Source of the DNA: an uncultured candidatus Porisulfidus sp.
GTDB taxonomy: Bacteria; Pseudomonadota; Gammaproteobacteria; Poriferisulfidales; Poriferisulfidaceae
NCBI GenBank assembly: GCA_965214545.1
Contig: OZ243950.1
Location: 247,764-311,763, forward strand
Direction of reading: 5' to 3'
Length of the DNA stretch: 64,000 bases
Shown: positions 37,235 through 47,377 of the stretch, piece after piece
How the letters are laid out: the number at the start of each line of letters is the position of its first letter
Numbering within the stretch: position 1 is the first letter of the stretch
The notes under the pieces: generated by a model
Seen by the model: only the letters and a program-made list of their open reading frames with translations
What the model was told of the DNA's origin: nothing
Database searches by the model: none
Position numbers and translations under genes: made by a program

Positions 37235-38365
37235 TCACAGCCCCAGTTTCTGGCCGATGACGTCCTTGATGTTCGCCAGGGTAGGCTCGACGCTTTCCAG
37301 TACCACGTCCTCGACCACACTGGGGTCTTTCAGTCCATGTCCGGTCAACGTACAGACTACGGTGCTGCCGTTTTCGATCTTGCCCGAGCGAATATCCCGC
37401 ATGACACCCGCCACCGACACAGCCGAAGCAGGCTCGCAGAAAACCCCCTCATGGCTGGCCAGCTGGCGCTGCATGTCCAGAATCTCCTCGTCGGTGCACT
37501 CGTCGAACCAGCCTCCCGACTCGCGGTGCACGGTCCAGGCGTAATCCCAGCTTTGCGGGTGGCCGATGCGGATGGCGGTCGCCCGGGTCTCGGGGTTCTC
37601 CACCCACTCGCCACGCAAAAACGGAGCACTGCCCGAAGCCTGATAGCCCACCATCACCGGTCGCGTGTCGACCTGTTTCGACACTGCGATGTCGTGCGGG
37701 CCCAGTGAAGCCTCGCAGGCTTCCGCCACTTCGGAGCGACAGCCCGCCAGTTCGTTGTACCCGATCCAGTGTGCGCTGATGTTGCCGGCATTCCCGACCG
37801 GGAGGCAATGGTAATCCGGCGGACTCCCCAACGCGCCGGTCACTTCGTAGGCAATGGTCTTCTGTCCCTGGAGCCGGTAGGGGTTGATGGAGTTGACAAT
37901 CGACACGGGCATCTCCGTGCCGACCTCCCGCACGAGGCGCATGCCGTCGTCGAAATTGCCCTTGATCTGGAGGATGGTCGCGCCGTGCATGATGGCCTGG
38001 GCGAGTTTGCCGAGTGCCACGTTCCCCTCCGGAATCAAGACAAAGCATTCCATGCCAGCACGGGTTGCATACGCCGCGGCAGACGCGGAGGTGTTGCCGG
38101 TGGACGCGCAGATGATTGCCCGGCTGCCCTCTTCCGCCGCCCGGGTCACCGCCACGGTCATTCCCCGGTCCTTGAACGAGCCGGTCGGATTGAGCCCCTC
38201 GAACTTGGCCAGCACCCGGCAGTCCGTGCCCCAGTCGCGCGGCAGGCGCTTCAGTTCGATGAGCGGGGTGTCGCCTTCGCACAGGGTGACCGCAGGCGTG
38301 TCCGCTGCGATCGGCAGGCATTCCCGATAGCGGTCAATCAGCCCGGTGTAGTGTCGTGTCTCCAT
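37235..38365 (-). CDS. thrC: threonine synthase
   Basis: 376 aa with the PLP-lysine motif NPTGSFKDRG. It lies downstream of hom. Confidence 0.85.
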   Translation of the reverse strand: METRHYTGLIDRYRECLPIAADTPAVTLCEGDTPLIELKRLPRDWGTDCRVLAKFEGLNPTGSFKDRGMTVAVTRAAEEGSRAIICASTGNTSASAAAYATRAGMECFVLIPEGNVALGKLAQAIMHGATILQIKGNFDDGMRLVREVGTEMPVSIVNSINPYRLQGQKTIAYEVTGALGSPPDYHCLPVGNAGNISAHWIGYNELAGCRSEVAEACEASLGPHDIAVSKQVDTRPVMVGYQASGSAPFLRGEWVENPETRATAIRIGHPQSWDYAWTVHRESGGWFDECTDEEILDMQRQLASHEGVFCEPASAVSVAGVMRDIRSGKIENGSTVVCTLTGHGLKDPSVVEDVVLESVEPTLANIKDVIGQKLGL

Positions 38366-38384
38366 CTTCCATTCGACCTCGCGT

Positions 38385-39707
38385 TTACTTTAGAAGTTCG
38401 ATCCGGATCCTCTGGATCGGGGCGACGATGTCGTCCAGTTCCTCGATCCGCGAAAGCGCCTGGTCCATGCGCTCCTCCGGGACTTCATGCGTCAGCAGGA
38501 TGATCGGGACGGCGCCGTTCGCTCCTCCCGCATCCGGTTCGCGTTGACGGATTGCCTCAATGCTGATCCCCAGGCCGCCCAGGATGTCGGTCACCGCCGC
38601 CAGTACGCCGGGGCGGTCGATCGCCTGCAATCTCAAATAGCAGGCGCTCGTAATCTGCCCGATCGGCAGGATCGGAAGATCGCTCAAGGCATGGGGCTGG
38701 TAAGCCAAGTGCGGCACCCGGTTCTCCGCGTCGGTGGTCAGCGTGCGCACCACGTCCACCAGGTCCGCGATCACCGCCGAGGCGGTAGGGTCGCCGCCGG
38801 CACCGGCGCCGTAGTACAGGTGTGCGCCGGCGGCATCGGATTTTACGACGACCGCGTTCATCACGCCGGCCACGTTGGCCACTAAGCGCGAACGCGGGAT
38901 CAGGGTGGGATGGACCCGCAGTTCAATTCCTTCGCCCGCCCTCTTGGCGATGCCCAGGTGCTTGATCCGGTAACCCAGGGATCGGGCATCCGCGATGTTC
39001 TCCGAACTAATGCCTGAAATCCCTTCGACATGCACGCGATCATAAGACAGGGGAATGCCGAAGGCGATCGAGGCCAGGATCGTTAGCTTGTGTGCGGCAT
39101 CGGTGCCGTCGACATCGAACGTCGGGTCTGCCTCCGCATAGCCGAGCCGCTGCGCTTCGGCGAGGATATCCGAAAACGGACGGCCTTCCTCTTCCATCGC
39201 CGTGAGGATGTAGTTGCCCGTTCCGTTGATGATGCCGGCGACCCATTCGATCCGGTTCCCGCTCAGGCTTTCGCGGATGTTCTTGATGATCGGGATGCTG
39301 CCGGCAACGGCCGCCTCGAATGCCACATTCACGCCCTTCTGCTCGGCCCGCGAAAAAATTTCGCTGCCGTGCAGGGCAATCAGGTGCTTGTTCGCGGTGA
39401 TCACCGGCTTGCCCTGATCGATGGCGCGCAGGATCAACGCGCGCGCGGGGTCGAGGCCGCCCATCAATTCGATCACCACGTCCACGTCCGGATGGTCCAC
39501 GACGTGTTGCGGGTCCTGCGTCAACTCAATCCCGTCGAGCTCACAATCCCGCTCCTTGTTCAGATCCCGGGCACAGGCGGCGACAATATTCAGGCGGCGG
39601 CCGGCCCGGCGCTCGATTTCCTCTTGGTTGCGCAATAAGGCGCGAATGACGCCGCAGCCCACGCAGCCGAGCCCCAGCAGGCCGACTCTCATCTCATTCC
39701 CACTCAT
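38385..39707 (-). CDS. hom: homoserine dehydrogenase
   Basis: 440 aa with GLLGLGCVG and a C-terminal ACT-like domain. Its ATG forms an ATGA overlap with the upstream aminotransferase stop. Confidence 0.9.
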   Translation of the reverse strand: MSGNEMRVGLLGLGCVGCGVIRALLRNQEEIERRAGRRLNIVAACARDLNKERDCELDGIELTQDPQHVVDHPDVDVVIELMGGLDPARALILRAIDQGKPVITANKHLIALHGSEIFSRAEQKGVNVAFEAAVAGSIPIIKNIRESLSGNRIEWVAGIINGTGNYILTAMEEEGRPFSDILAEAQRLGYAEADPTFDVDGTDAAHKLTILASIAFGIPLSYDRVHVEGISGISSENIADARSLGYRIKHLGIAKRAGEGIELRVHPTLIPRSRLVANVAGVMNAVVVKSDAAGAHLYYGAGAGGDPTASAVIADLVDVVRTLTTDAENRVPHLAYQPHALSDLPILPIGQITSACYLRLQAIDRPGVLAAVTDILGGLGISIEAIRQREPDAGGANGAVPIILLTHEVPEERMDQALSRIEELDDIVAPIQRIRIELLK

Positions 39708-40885
39708 TGCGCGTCTCTCATGATCGACTTGATGTTGCGTAGCGCCTGGCGAATCCGCTGCGTGTTTTCAATCAGGCTGAACCGGACATGCCCATTGCCG
39801 TGTTGCCCGAATCCGATTCCCGGTGACACCGCGACCTTGGCCTGTTTCAGAAGGACCTTGCTGAATTCCAGCGACCCCAGGTCTGCGTAAACCTCCGGAA
39901 GCGGCGCCCACACGAACATGGTCGCGGACGGCTTCGCCACGGGCCAGCCCATTGCGTTCAGCCCGTCGCACAGCACGTCCCGTCGCTCCTGGTACATCTG
40001 GCAGATTTCCCGGACGCAGTCCTGCGGGCCTTCCAGCGCGGCGATGGCGGCTACCTGGATCGGGGTAAACAGCCCGTAATCCACGTACGACTTGATTCGC
40101 GACAACGCGCTGACCAGGCGGGCATTCCCGCACATGAAACCCACCCTCCAGCCCGGCATGTTGTAGGATTTGGACAGGGTATAGAACTCTACCGCCACGT
40201 CCTTGGCGCCTTTCACTTGAAGGATGGACGGCACCACATAGCCGTCAAAGGCCAGTTCAGCGTAGGCGATGTCCTGGACTACCCACAGTTTGTATTCCTG
40301 TGCGATTTCGACCACCTTGGCATAGAAGTCCAGCCCCACGCAATGCCCGGTCGGGTTGCAGGGAAAATTCAGTAGCAGCATCTTCGGGCGCGGCCAACAG
40401 TTCTCGATGGTCTGCTGCAGGGAATTGAGGAATTCCTCTTCGTCGTCGATCGGCACGTAATTGAGCTCGGCCCCGGCGATGACGCAACTGTACGGGTGGA
40501 TCGGATAGGCCGGGTTCGGCACGACCACCATGTCGCCGGGAGACAGCGTGGCCAAGGCTAGGTGCGCCAGGCCTTCTTTCGAGCCGATCGTCACGATGGC
40601 TTCCGTCTCCGGGTCGATCTCGACATCGAACTTCTTCCGATACCAGCCGGCGATCGCCTGGCGCAGGCGCGGGATGCCGCGCGAAGTGGAATACCGGTGC
40701 GTGTCACCCCGGGTCACGGTTTCGCACAGCTTGTCCACGATGTGCTGCGGCGTGGGCTGGTCCGGGTTGCCCATCCCGAAGTCGATAATGTCCTCGCCGC
40801 GTCGGCGCGCCTTGGACCTCAGGTCGCTGACGATGCTGAACACATACGGGGGGAGGCGCGAGACGCGCTGGAACTCATCAGTCAC
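39704..40885 (-). CDS. class I/II PLP aminotransferase (AlaC-like)
   Basis: 393 aa starting at GTG 40885, with RLPPYVF and [12 protein letters not shown]. It is in the conserved position upstream of hom-thrC. Confidence 0.8.
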   Translation of the reverse strand: MTDEFQRVSRLPPYVFSIVSDLRSKARRRGEDIIDFGMGNPDQPTPQHIVDKLCETVTRGDTHRYSTSRGIPRLRQAIAGWYRKKFDVEIDPETEAIVTIGSKEGLAHLALATLSPGDMVVVPNPAYPIHPYSCVIAGAELNYVPIDDEEEFLNSLQQTIENCWPRPKMLLLNFPCNPTGHCVGLDFYAKVVEIAQEYKLWVVQDIAYAELAFDGYVVPSILQVKGAKDVAVEFYTLSKSYNMPGWRVGFMCGNARLVSALSRIKSYVDYGLFTPIQVAAIAALEGPQDCVREICQMYQERRDVLCDGLNAMGWPVAKPSATMFVWAPLPEVYADLGSLEFSKVLLKQAKVAVSPGIGFGQHGNGHVRFSLIENTQRIRQALRNIKSIMRDAQ

Positions 40886-40962
40886 GGGAAAATGGCCGCT
40901 GGTCGGTTCTCGATGGTCGGGAGCAGGCTGACGCCCTCGTTAGAGCCATTATAGTATTGGCC

Positions 40963-41337
40963 ATGGAATTTGCGGAAGATCACGCGGCAGCGGAATTCAT
41001 TATCCACTCGTGCGATGCACAGAGGATTCGCGTCAATGGGCAGGATTGGACCGGCAGTTTCATGCTACTGCCCGGCCAGCCGATACAGGCATGGCCGGTA
41101 GCCGTCGGCGAATCACTGACTCCCGAGCACTTCTCAACGGTCATCGAGCAACAACCTGAACTGGTGATCCTCGGCACGGGCCCGGGCCTCCAGATGCCGG
41201 GCCCGGAAGTCTATGGGGCACTGCTCGGCCGAGAGATCGGCCTCGAAGCCATGACCACGGCCGCGGCCTGCCGAACCTACAACCTGCTCGCCCAGGACGG
41301 TCGGGACGTCGCGGCCTGCCTCATCCTGCCAGCCTAA
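40963..41337 (+). CDS. Mth938-like (DUF498) domain protein
   Basis: 124 aa from ATG 40963. The pattern I.VNG....S.ml.P......W....LT..H......PE.vilGTG matches this family. Confidence 0.6.
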   Translation: MEFAEDHAAAEFIIHSCDAQRIRVNGQDWTGSFMLLPGQPIQAWPVAVGESLTPEHFSTVIEQQPELVILGTGPGLQMPGPEVYGALLGREIGLEAMTTAAACRTYNLLAQDGRDVAACLILPA

Positions 41338-42098
41338 GGCAGGTATTTCAGCGGATCCACGGCACTTCCCTTATAGCGGATCTCGAAATGGAGGCGCGGC
41401 GATTTCGCCGCCGTCTTCCCCATATGCGCGATGGCCTGGCCTCTCTTGACCGACTGCCCTTCCCTGACCAGCAAGCGATTGTTGTGTGCGTAGGCGGTCA
41501 GGAAATCCCGCCCGTGCTGCACGATGATCAGTTTTCCGTAGCCGACCAGGCCTTCCCCGCTGTAGGCCACCTTGCCCGAAGCCGCAGAGACGACTTTCTG
41601 CCCCACCTTCCCGGCGATCGCGATTCCCTGCTTGCCCGAACCCTTAGGCGAGAATTTCCGGATGATTTTGCCCTGAACCGGCCAAGTCCATTTGATGCCG
41701 CTCTTAGCACGGGTCGGCGGCGGTTGCGACCGTGAAGCGCTTTTGCCTGAAGCCCGGCTACTGCTGCGCGTCGCGGCGGACTTGCCCGATCGAGGTGGAA
41801 TGAGTAGTTTCTGACCGACCTTGATCCGGTTGGGATTCCCGATTTTGTTTCGCTTGGCGATATCGTACCAGCGCACCCGGAAACATTGCGCAATCTCCCC
41901 CAGCGTGTCTCCCTTGCGGACGACATAGACAATCTCCTTCTTGATCGGGTAGCAGGCTTTCGCCTTCGCCTTTTTCTGTGAGCTCCCCGAGGGTTCGAAC
42001 GGTTCAATCAGTAGGTCCCCAACCGACCCACAGGACAGGGTCCCCGCACACAACATCCCGAGGATCAAGCCCTGCCCGACGCGCTTTCTCAAAACCAT
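41334..42098 (-). CDS. nlpD: murein hydrolase activator NlpD (LysM + M23 peptidase lipoprotein)
   Basis: 254 aa from ATG 42098 with lipobox LSCG, LysM (YVVRKGDTLGEIAQ...) and an M23 domain (HLHFEIR). It sits in the surE-pcm-nlpD context. Confidence 0.85.
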   Translation of the reverse strand: MVLRKRVGQGLILGMLCAGTLSCGSVGDLLIEPFEPSGSSQKKAKAKACYPIKKEIVYVVRKGDTLGEIAQCFRVRWYDIAKRNKIGNPNRIKVGQKLLIPPRSGKSAATRSSSRASGKSASRSQPPPTRAKSGIKWTWPVQGKIIRKFSPKGSGKQGIAIAGKVGQKVVSAASGKVAYSGEGLVGYGKLIIVQHGRDFLTAYAHNNRLLVREGQSVKRGQAIAHMGKTAAKSPRLHFEIRYKGSAVDPLKYLP

Positions 42099-42676
42099 TC
42101 GCGGAAGACAAAGGCCACAACCAGAATAACGGCAACCGCCCAGCCCACGGGTTCTATATGGCGGCGCAGCAAAGGCTCGTACCGGGCACCCACCCAGCGC
42201 ACGAGGCCGGCGACGAGGAAGAACCGAGCTGCCCGCCCTGCCGCAGAAGCGGCAATGAAAGGCACGAACGCAAGCGCCATGAAGCCGGCGCTGACCGTGA
42301 AGACCTTGTAAGGAACCGGCGTGAACGCCGCAATGAAAACAAACCAGACCCCCCACTCCTGGAACAGCTGTTGCGCCTCGTCGAACGCCGAAGCCCCGTC
42401 ACCCCCAAGAAGCCAAGGGGATGCCCAGTCGAATGCCCAGGCACCCAGCAGGTAGCCGAAAACACCGCCCAACACCGAGAAGACCGTCGCGAGAGCCGCG
42501 TAATGCAGCCATTTCAGCGGATGCGCCAGAACCATGGGTGCCAGCATGACATCCGTAGGGATGGGAAAGATCACGGATTCGATAAAGCTCAGCGTGCTCA
42601 GGGCCCACGGCGCCCGGGGGTGCCGGGCCCAGCGAAGAGTCCAATCGTAGAGCGGGGCGAACAGGCGCACGATCAA
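42089..42676 (-). CDS. YqaA/DedA-type membrane protein
   Basis: 195 aa, polytopic, with the DedA-like pattern (FIESVIFPIPTDVML). Confidence 0.65.
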   Translation of the reverse strand: MIVRLFAPLYDWTLRWARHPRAPWALSTLSFIESVIFPIPTDVMLAPMVLAHPLKWLHYAALATVFSVLGGVFGYLLGAWAFDWASPWLLGGDGASAFDEAQQLFQEWGVWFVFIAAFTPVPYKVFTVSAGFMALAFVPFIAASAAGRAARFFLVAGLVRWVGARYEPLLRRHIEPVGWAVAVILVVAFVFREWF

Positions 42677-43308
42677 CCTGCCTCGGGGACCAGCGGCACG
42701 AACAGGACATTCATCAAGGCTTCCCGGACGATGCCTTCAGGAGCCTTGACATAGAGCGTCAGTGTCTGGGTTTCATCCGATTCGCCTTCCGGTATCAGCA
42801 ATCGGCCGCCGTCAGCCAATTGATCCAGAAGCGTTTCGGGCGGAGTGGGACTCGCGGCCGTGATCATGATGGCCTCATAGGGGGCGCGCTCGGGCCAGCC
42901 CCGGCTGCCGTCGCCGAGGCGAGTGGAGACGTTATGGATACCCAGTTCACGGAGCAAGCGGCTCGATTGGCGGTGCAGTTCGGGGATGCGCTCGATGCTG
43001 CACACCCGCGTCACCAGTTTCGAGAGGACCGCAGACTGATAACCGGATCCGGTGCCGATTTCCAATACGTTCCGGAGAGGACCCGACTCCAACAGGGCTT
43101 GCGTCATGAACGCCACCACATAGGGCTGGGAGATGGTTTGATTGTAGCCGATAGGCAAAGCGTCGTCGCGGTAGGCGTGGCGTGCGACCGCATCACTCAC
43201 GAAACGGTGCCGGGGCGTCTCCAGAATGGCTTGCAGCACCGCCTCGTCGCTAATCCCCTTCTCGCGCAAACGCTCGATCAAGGCCGCCTGATGCCGGGTA
43301 GCCGTCAT
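42673..43308 (-). CDS. pcm: protein-L-isoaspartate O-methyltransferase
   Basis: Motifs TISQPYVVA and LEIGTGSGYQSAVL. ATG 43308 has GAAGGGG upstream and aligns with the E. coli Pcm N-terminus. An alternative ATG at 43338 would form an ATGA overlap with the surE stop. Confidence 0.85.
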   Translation of the reverse strand: MTATRHQAALIERLREKGISDEAVLQAILETPRHRFVSDAVARHAYRDDALPIGYNQTISQPYVVAFMTQALLESGPLRNVLEIGTGSGYQSAVLSKLVTRVCSIERIPELHRQSSRLLRELGIHNVSTRLGDGSRGWPERAPYEAIMITAASPTPPETLLDQLADGGRLLIPEGESDETQTLTLYVKAPEGIVREALMNVLFVPLVPEAG

Positions 43309-43334
43309 GCCCGCCCCTTCGTTCTTGCGCATGT

Positions 43335-44090
43335 TCATAGAATGATCTGTCGCAGCCATTCCGACAGATTGTCGAAATCGCGATGCCGGGTCAAATCCAC
43401 CTGCATCGGCGTGACCGACGCGAAACCTTCGCGCACTGCATGAAAGTCGGTGCCTTCCCCACCATCTTTGTCCGGGCCCGGAGGCCCGACGCGCCAGACG
43501 GAACGGCCATTCTCATCTTCCTGCCGGATCGCAGGCTCCGCACGATGTCGATGCCCCAGCCGGGTCATCCGCAAACCGCGCAGGTCTTCCAATGGTAAAT
43601 CCGGAACGTTGACGTTGAGGATTATTTCTGAAGGAAGCATCCGTTCCGACAAGCCGCGAACCAGGGAACAGGCAATACGCGCCGCCGTCTCGTAGTGTTT
43701 TGGGGTGCGGGAAGTCAGGGAAACCGCAATTGCCGGAAACCCCAGCGTGCGCCCTTCCATGGCGGCGGCAACCGTTCCCGAATACAGCACGTCGTCCCCC
43801 AAGTTGGCTCCATCATTGATTCCGGATACGACCATGTCCGGTTCGGGATCCATCAGCCCGGTAATACCCAGATGCACGCAATCGGTCGGGGTCCCCTCCT
43901 CCACGTAATGGAATCCATTCGGGGCCGTGCACACGTGCAGGTCGCGATCAAGCGTCAGAGAATTGCTCGCGCCGCTGCGGTCGCGGGAAGGCGCGATGAC
44001 GGTCAGTTCGGCCAATTCGCCCAGGTGCTCGGCCAGGCATTCGAGGCCGGGAGCCTGGTAGCCGTCATCGTTGCTTAGCAATAAAAGCAT
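43335..44090 (-). CDS. surE: 5'/3'-nucleotidase SurE
   Basis: 251 aa from ATG 44090 with MLLLLSNDDGYQAPG and GINDGANLGDDVLYSGTVAAA. Confidence 0.9.
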   Translation of the reverse strand: MLLLLSNDDGYQAPGLECLAEHLGELAELTVIAPSRDRSGASNSLTLDRDLHVCTAPNGFHYVEEGTPTDCVHLGITGLMDPEPDMVVSGINDGANLGDDVLYSGTVAAAMEGRTLGFPAIAVSLTSRTPKHYETAARIACSLVRGLSERMLPSEIILNVNVPDLPLEDLRGLRMTRLGHRHRAEPAIRQEDENGRSVWRVGPPGPDKDGGEGTDFHAVREGFASVTPMQVDLTRHRDFDNLSEWLRQIIL

Positions 44091-44455
44091 GGTAGTTGAA
44101 AACCTGTTAAGGTTCTCTCGACATCGCTGTTTGCCTCGGATAGTCGGTTCTGCGGCACAAGTTGGGTCTCCGCAATGACGCGCGGCGTTCCAAGGTGGAT
44201 TCGGCATTAATGTACATGATTGGGTCAAAAACTCCTACAGGGAGTCCACTCCTTGCTGACTTTGGCGGGGGTGGAGGTGTGTTGCGACGTCATAAACCTT
44301 ACCGGAGTAAAAAAGCACCCCGGTTTTTATGTGTGCAGATTTCGGATACGGTCTGCGCCACCCCACTCTTTCGTGTCGTTCCCGAAACGACACGAAACGA
44401 CTCCCTGTGGGCATGGTCGGATATACTTGGGAATCGACTTATTCCCCCGCGTGAC

Positions 44456-44980
44456 ATGGACAAAACCCGCAACGAGGATCTTGAGGAATTTGCGCAAGCC
44501 ATGATGGGGGTCGCCCCCCTCGGGTCGCGTTCCCGCTCCGACCGCGCAACTTCAACGTCTGCGCCCCAGCCGCCCGCGATACGACAGCCCGCCCGGGAAC
44601 ATCCGATCGACATCTCCAAAACCAAGCCCGTGGACGGGCAGGAAATTCTGGACTGGCGCCGCCCCGGATTGCGAGACAAGGACTATCAGAATTTGCGCCG
44701 GGGCCGATTCTCGCCTCCTCCAGAGGAAATAGACCTGCATGGCCAGAATGCACGAGAGGCCTGCAACAGCATCGTGAACGCCATCGCTCGTACACAGCAG
44801 GCGGATCGCCGTTCCGTGTGCCTGATCCATGGAAAAGGCCATCGCTCCGAGAGCCGGGGCTCACGCCTGAAAGGGCTGGTCGATGCCGCATTACGCCAGC
44901 ATCCGGAAGTTCTCGGTTTTCATAGCGTCCCCGGCAACACCGGAGCCGTCAATGTCCTGTTGCGTAGGGCGCGCCGATGA
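44456..44980 (+). CDS. Smr domain protein (SmrA-like)
   Basis: 174 aa from ATG 44456 with a C-terminal Smr domain (IDLHGQNAREA...LIHGKG). Its stop forms an ATGA overlap with moeA. Confidence 0.7.
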   Translation: MDKTRNEDLEEFAQAMMGVAPLGSRSRSDRATSTSAPQPPAIRQPAREHPIDISKTKPVDGQEILDWRRPGLRDKDYQNLRRGRFSPPPEEIDLHGQNAREACNSIVNAIARTQQADRRSVCLIHGKGHRSESRGSRLKGLVDAALRQHPEVLGFHSVPGNTGAVNVLLRRARR

Positions 44981-46239
44981 ATGCCACGACCACCTTCAGC
45001 TGCATGGATGACTTTGATCCGGAGTCGATCACGCCGAATCAAGCCACGGAGCACATTCAGTCTGCCATCCAGCCCATCGCGGAGACGGAAGCGGTTCCGA
45101 CCATGGACGCGCTGGATCGCGTGCTGGCCGCCGAGATACGCTCGGAAATCGACGTGCCCGGCTACACGAATTCGGCGATGGACGGCTACGCCGTACGGGG
45201 GCAGGACTTGCCGACTCGGGACCCTCGGGCTTTCACCTTGATCGGATCGTCGTTCGCGGGTCACCCTTATGACGGCCCTGTCGGTTCCGGAGAATGCATT
45301 CGCATCATGACCGGCGGCGTCATGCCGGAAGCAGCCGACACCGTGGTCATCCAGGAACGGGTCCGGACGGTCGCCGATACGGAAATCGAAATCCCGCCCG
45401 GAGAGACATCCGGGCAGAACGTCCGTGCTGCGGGCGAAGACATTGCTGCAGGCGGCGTGATCCTGAAACCCGGCCATCTGCTCGGGCCCGCAGACCTCGG
45501 GCTGCTCGCCTCGGTCGGCGTTGCCGAGGTTCCCGTGCGACGCCGTATCCGGGCCGCTTTCTTCTCGACGGGCGACGAACTTCGGGAAGTGGGCGAACCC
45601 TTGGAGGACGGCCAGATCTACAACAGCAACCGCTACACCCTGTCGGCCATGCTGCGCCATCTTCACGTGGAGGCCTTGGATCTGGGGGTGGTGCGGGATG
45701 ACCGCGCCGCGGTCGCTCAGGCGTTTCGCGACGCTGCCGGACAGGCGGACATGGTCATCACGTCGGGGGGCGTCTCGGTGGGGGAGGCCGACTACGTCAA
45801 AGAAGTCTTGAGTGAACTGGGCGACGTAAACTTCTGGAAAGTCGCCATCAAGCCCGGGCGCCCCCTGGCGTTTGGCCAGGTCGGGGCAGCGAAATTCTTC
45901 GGCTTGCCGGGCAACCCGGTTTCGGTGATGGTGACCTTCTACCAGTTCGTGCGCCCGGCCCTGCTCCGTATGGCTGGCGCCACCGGGCAAGCCCCCTTGG
46001 CCCTGCGCGTCCCGGTCACGTCTTCGCTACGCAAGCGGCAAGGCCGCGTGGAATACCAGCGGGGCATTCTCCAGCCGGCTGAGGACGGCAGCCACACGGT
46101 CGCCTGCACCGGGGCACAGGGCTCCGGCATCCTGACTTCAATGAGCCAGGCGAACTGCTTTATCGTGCTGCCGCTGGAGCAAGGCCGGGTCGAAGCCGGG
46201 GACCTGGTGGACGTGATCCCCTTCAGCGGGATCACCTGA
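44977..46239 (+). CDS. moeA: molybdopterin molybdotransferase
   Basis: 420 aa with the MoeA pattern (SAMDGYAV, TSGGVSVGEADY, GLPGNPVS). Confidence 0.9.
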   Translation: MNATTTFSCMDDFDPESITPNQATEHIQSAIQPIAETEAVPTMDALDRVLAAEIRSEIDVPGYTNSAMDGYAVRGQDLPTRDPRAFTLIGSSFAGHPYDGPVGSGECIRIMTGGVMPEAADTVVIQERVRTVADTEIEIPPGETSGQNVRAAGEDIAAGGVILKPGHLLGPADLGLLASVGVAEVPVRRRIRAAFFSTGDELREVGEPLEDGQIYNSNRYTLSAMLRHLHVEALDLGVVRDDRAAVAQAFRDAAGQADMVITSGGVSVGEADYVKEVLSELGDVNFWKVAIKPGRPLAFGQVGAAKFFGLPGNPVSVMVTFYQFVRPALLRMAGATGQAPLALRVPVTSSLRKRQGRVEYQRGILQPAEDGSHTVACTGAQGSGILTSMSQANCFIVLPLEQGRVEAGDLVDVIPFSGIT

Positions 46240-46243
46240 AGGC

Positions 46244-46705
46244 TCAGCCTGGGGTATTCTCTTCCACCCAGCGGCGCTCGCCGCTGGCGAGGGTTTCTTC
46301 CTTCCAGAAGGGGGCGGTGGATTTCAGATCTTCCATCAGGAACCGGTTGCCTTCGTAGGCCGCCTTGCGGTGCTCCGCCCAGACTGCGACCAGGACAATG
46401 TCGTCACCCGGTTGCATGTCCCCGACCCGATGGTGCAGAAGGACGGCCGAAAGGCCGAACCGATCTCTCGCCTGACGCGCGATTTCCTCCAAGTGAGCCT
46501 GGGTCATTTCCGGGTAGTGCTCCAGGCGCATGGACCGGACTGCCTCGCCTTCGTTCCGTGCCCGCATCGTTCCCACGAACACCACCATCGCGCCACATGC
46601 CCGGCGCAATTCCTCGTGCCCCGACCCAAACGCCTGGATCTCCTTCCAGGGTTCCAGCGGCCCCGTGATTACGCGCGCGTCGATGTCCATGTTCCCTGAA
46701 TCCAA
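46244..46705 (-). CDS. moaE: molybdopterin synthase catalytic subunit
   Basis: 153 aa with the MoaE pattern (GA.V.F.G..R, HR.G.....D......A.HR..AF, K...P.WK.E). Confidence 0.85.
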   Translation of the reverse strand: MDSGNMDIDARVITGPLEPWKEIQAFGSGHEELRRACGAMVVFVGTMRARNEGEAVRSMRLEHYPEMTQAHLEEIARQARDRFGLSAVLLHHRVGDMQPGDDIVLVAVWAEHRKAAYEGNRFLMEDLKSTAPFWKEETLASGERRWVEENTPG

Positions 46706-46754
46706 GCGGAGTCGGTTTAAGAGATTCCCGATAAGAACATTGTAACGGCGGCAT

Positions 46755-46785
46755 AAAAAAAGCGCCGCATGAAGCGGCGCTTTTT
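46755..46785 (-). terminator. intrinsic terminator after fae
   Basis: Stem gcgccgc, loop atgaa, stem gcggcgc, flanked by A7 and T5. On the minus strand the T-run follows the hairpin. Confidence 0.75.
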
Positions 46786-46801
46786 CGATCAGGGTCTCTA
46801 C

Positions 46802-47326
46802 TTAGAAGCCCTGGAACGGATGGTCAGTGCTGTCCTTTTGGGAGAGCATGTCGTCCACAGTCGGGACTCCGTTCACAGCGTTGGCGATAGCCTGCTTGGT
46901 TGCCTTGTAGTTGTTCTCATAGATGGCCGCATCGCTGTCGGCCTCCCAGTGAATGAACACGCCTACACAGACATACAGATTGTCGCTTTCGTCTTTCGGA
47001 AGGACTCCGGCCTCGACCGAATCCGCAACAGCCATGGCGACAGCCTTCTGGGCGGGTCCGAACATCTGGACCGCCTGTTTGGCGCCCTTGATCGTGACCT
47101 TGTTGTACATCATGGTGTCCGGTCGACACGGCAGGTTCGGCGCGACTACAGCGAGTAGTGTCGTGAACCCATCCTTGTTGTTGACCAGACCGTTGCAGAA
47201 AGCCGTTTCCACGGCAGAGCCGCGCGGGCCAATGAGGAGGTCGATGTGAGCGATTTCAGCCATTGTCCCCGAAGGGTCGTTATCATTGACCAAAGCCTCT
47301 CCAACGAGAACTTTATCGATTGCCAT
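46802..47326 (-). CDS. fae: formaldehyde-activating enzyme
   Basis: 174 aa from ATG 47326 (GGAG upstream). Near-canonical Fae blocks are [48 protein letters not shown] and VGVFIHWEA. Confidence 0.9.
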   Translation of the reverse strand: MAIDKVLVGEALVNDNDPSGTMAEIAHIDLLIGPRGSAVETAFCNGLVNNKDGFTTLLAVVAPNLPCRPDTMMYNKVTIKGAKQAVQMFGPAQKAVAMAVADSVEAGVLPKDESDNLYVCVGVFIHWEADSDAAIYENNYKATKQAIANAVNGVPTVDDMLSQKDSTDHPFQGF

Positions 47327-47377
47327 TGTTGATTTACTCCAGTATTTATTTTTGTTTGCAAACAACGGATCCGCCAA

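Noticed and set aside
36469-37260. 263-aa ORF overlapping the DUF1295 gene in another frame
   Set aside because: The DUF1295 frame has clear TM helices and the family motif. The alternative frame is Arg/Pro-rich.
44920-45990. 356-aa ORF on the minus strand
   Set aside because: It is antisense to moeA and is a shadow ORF.
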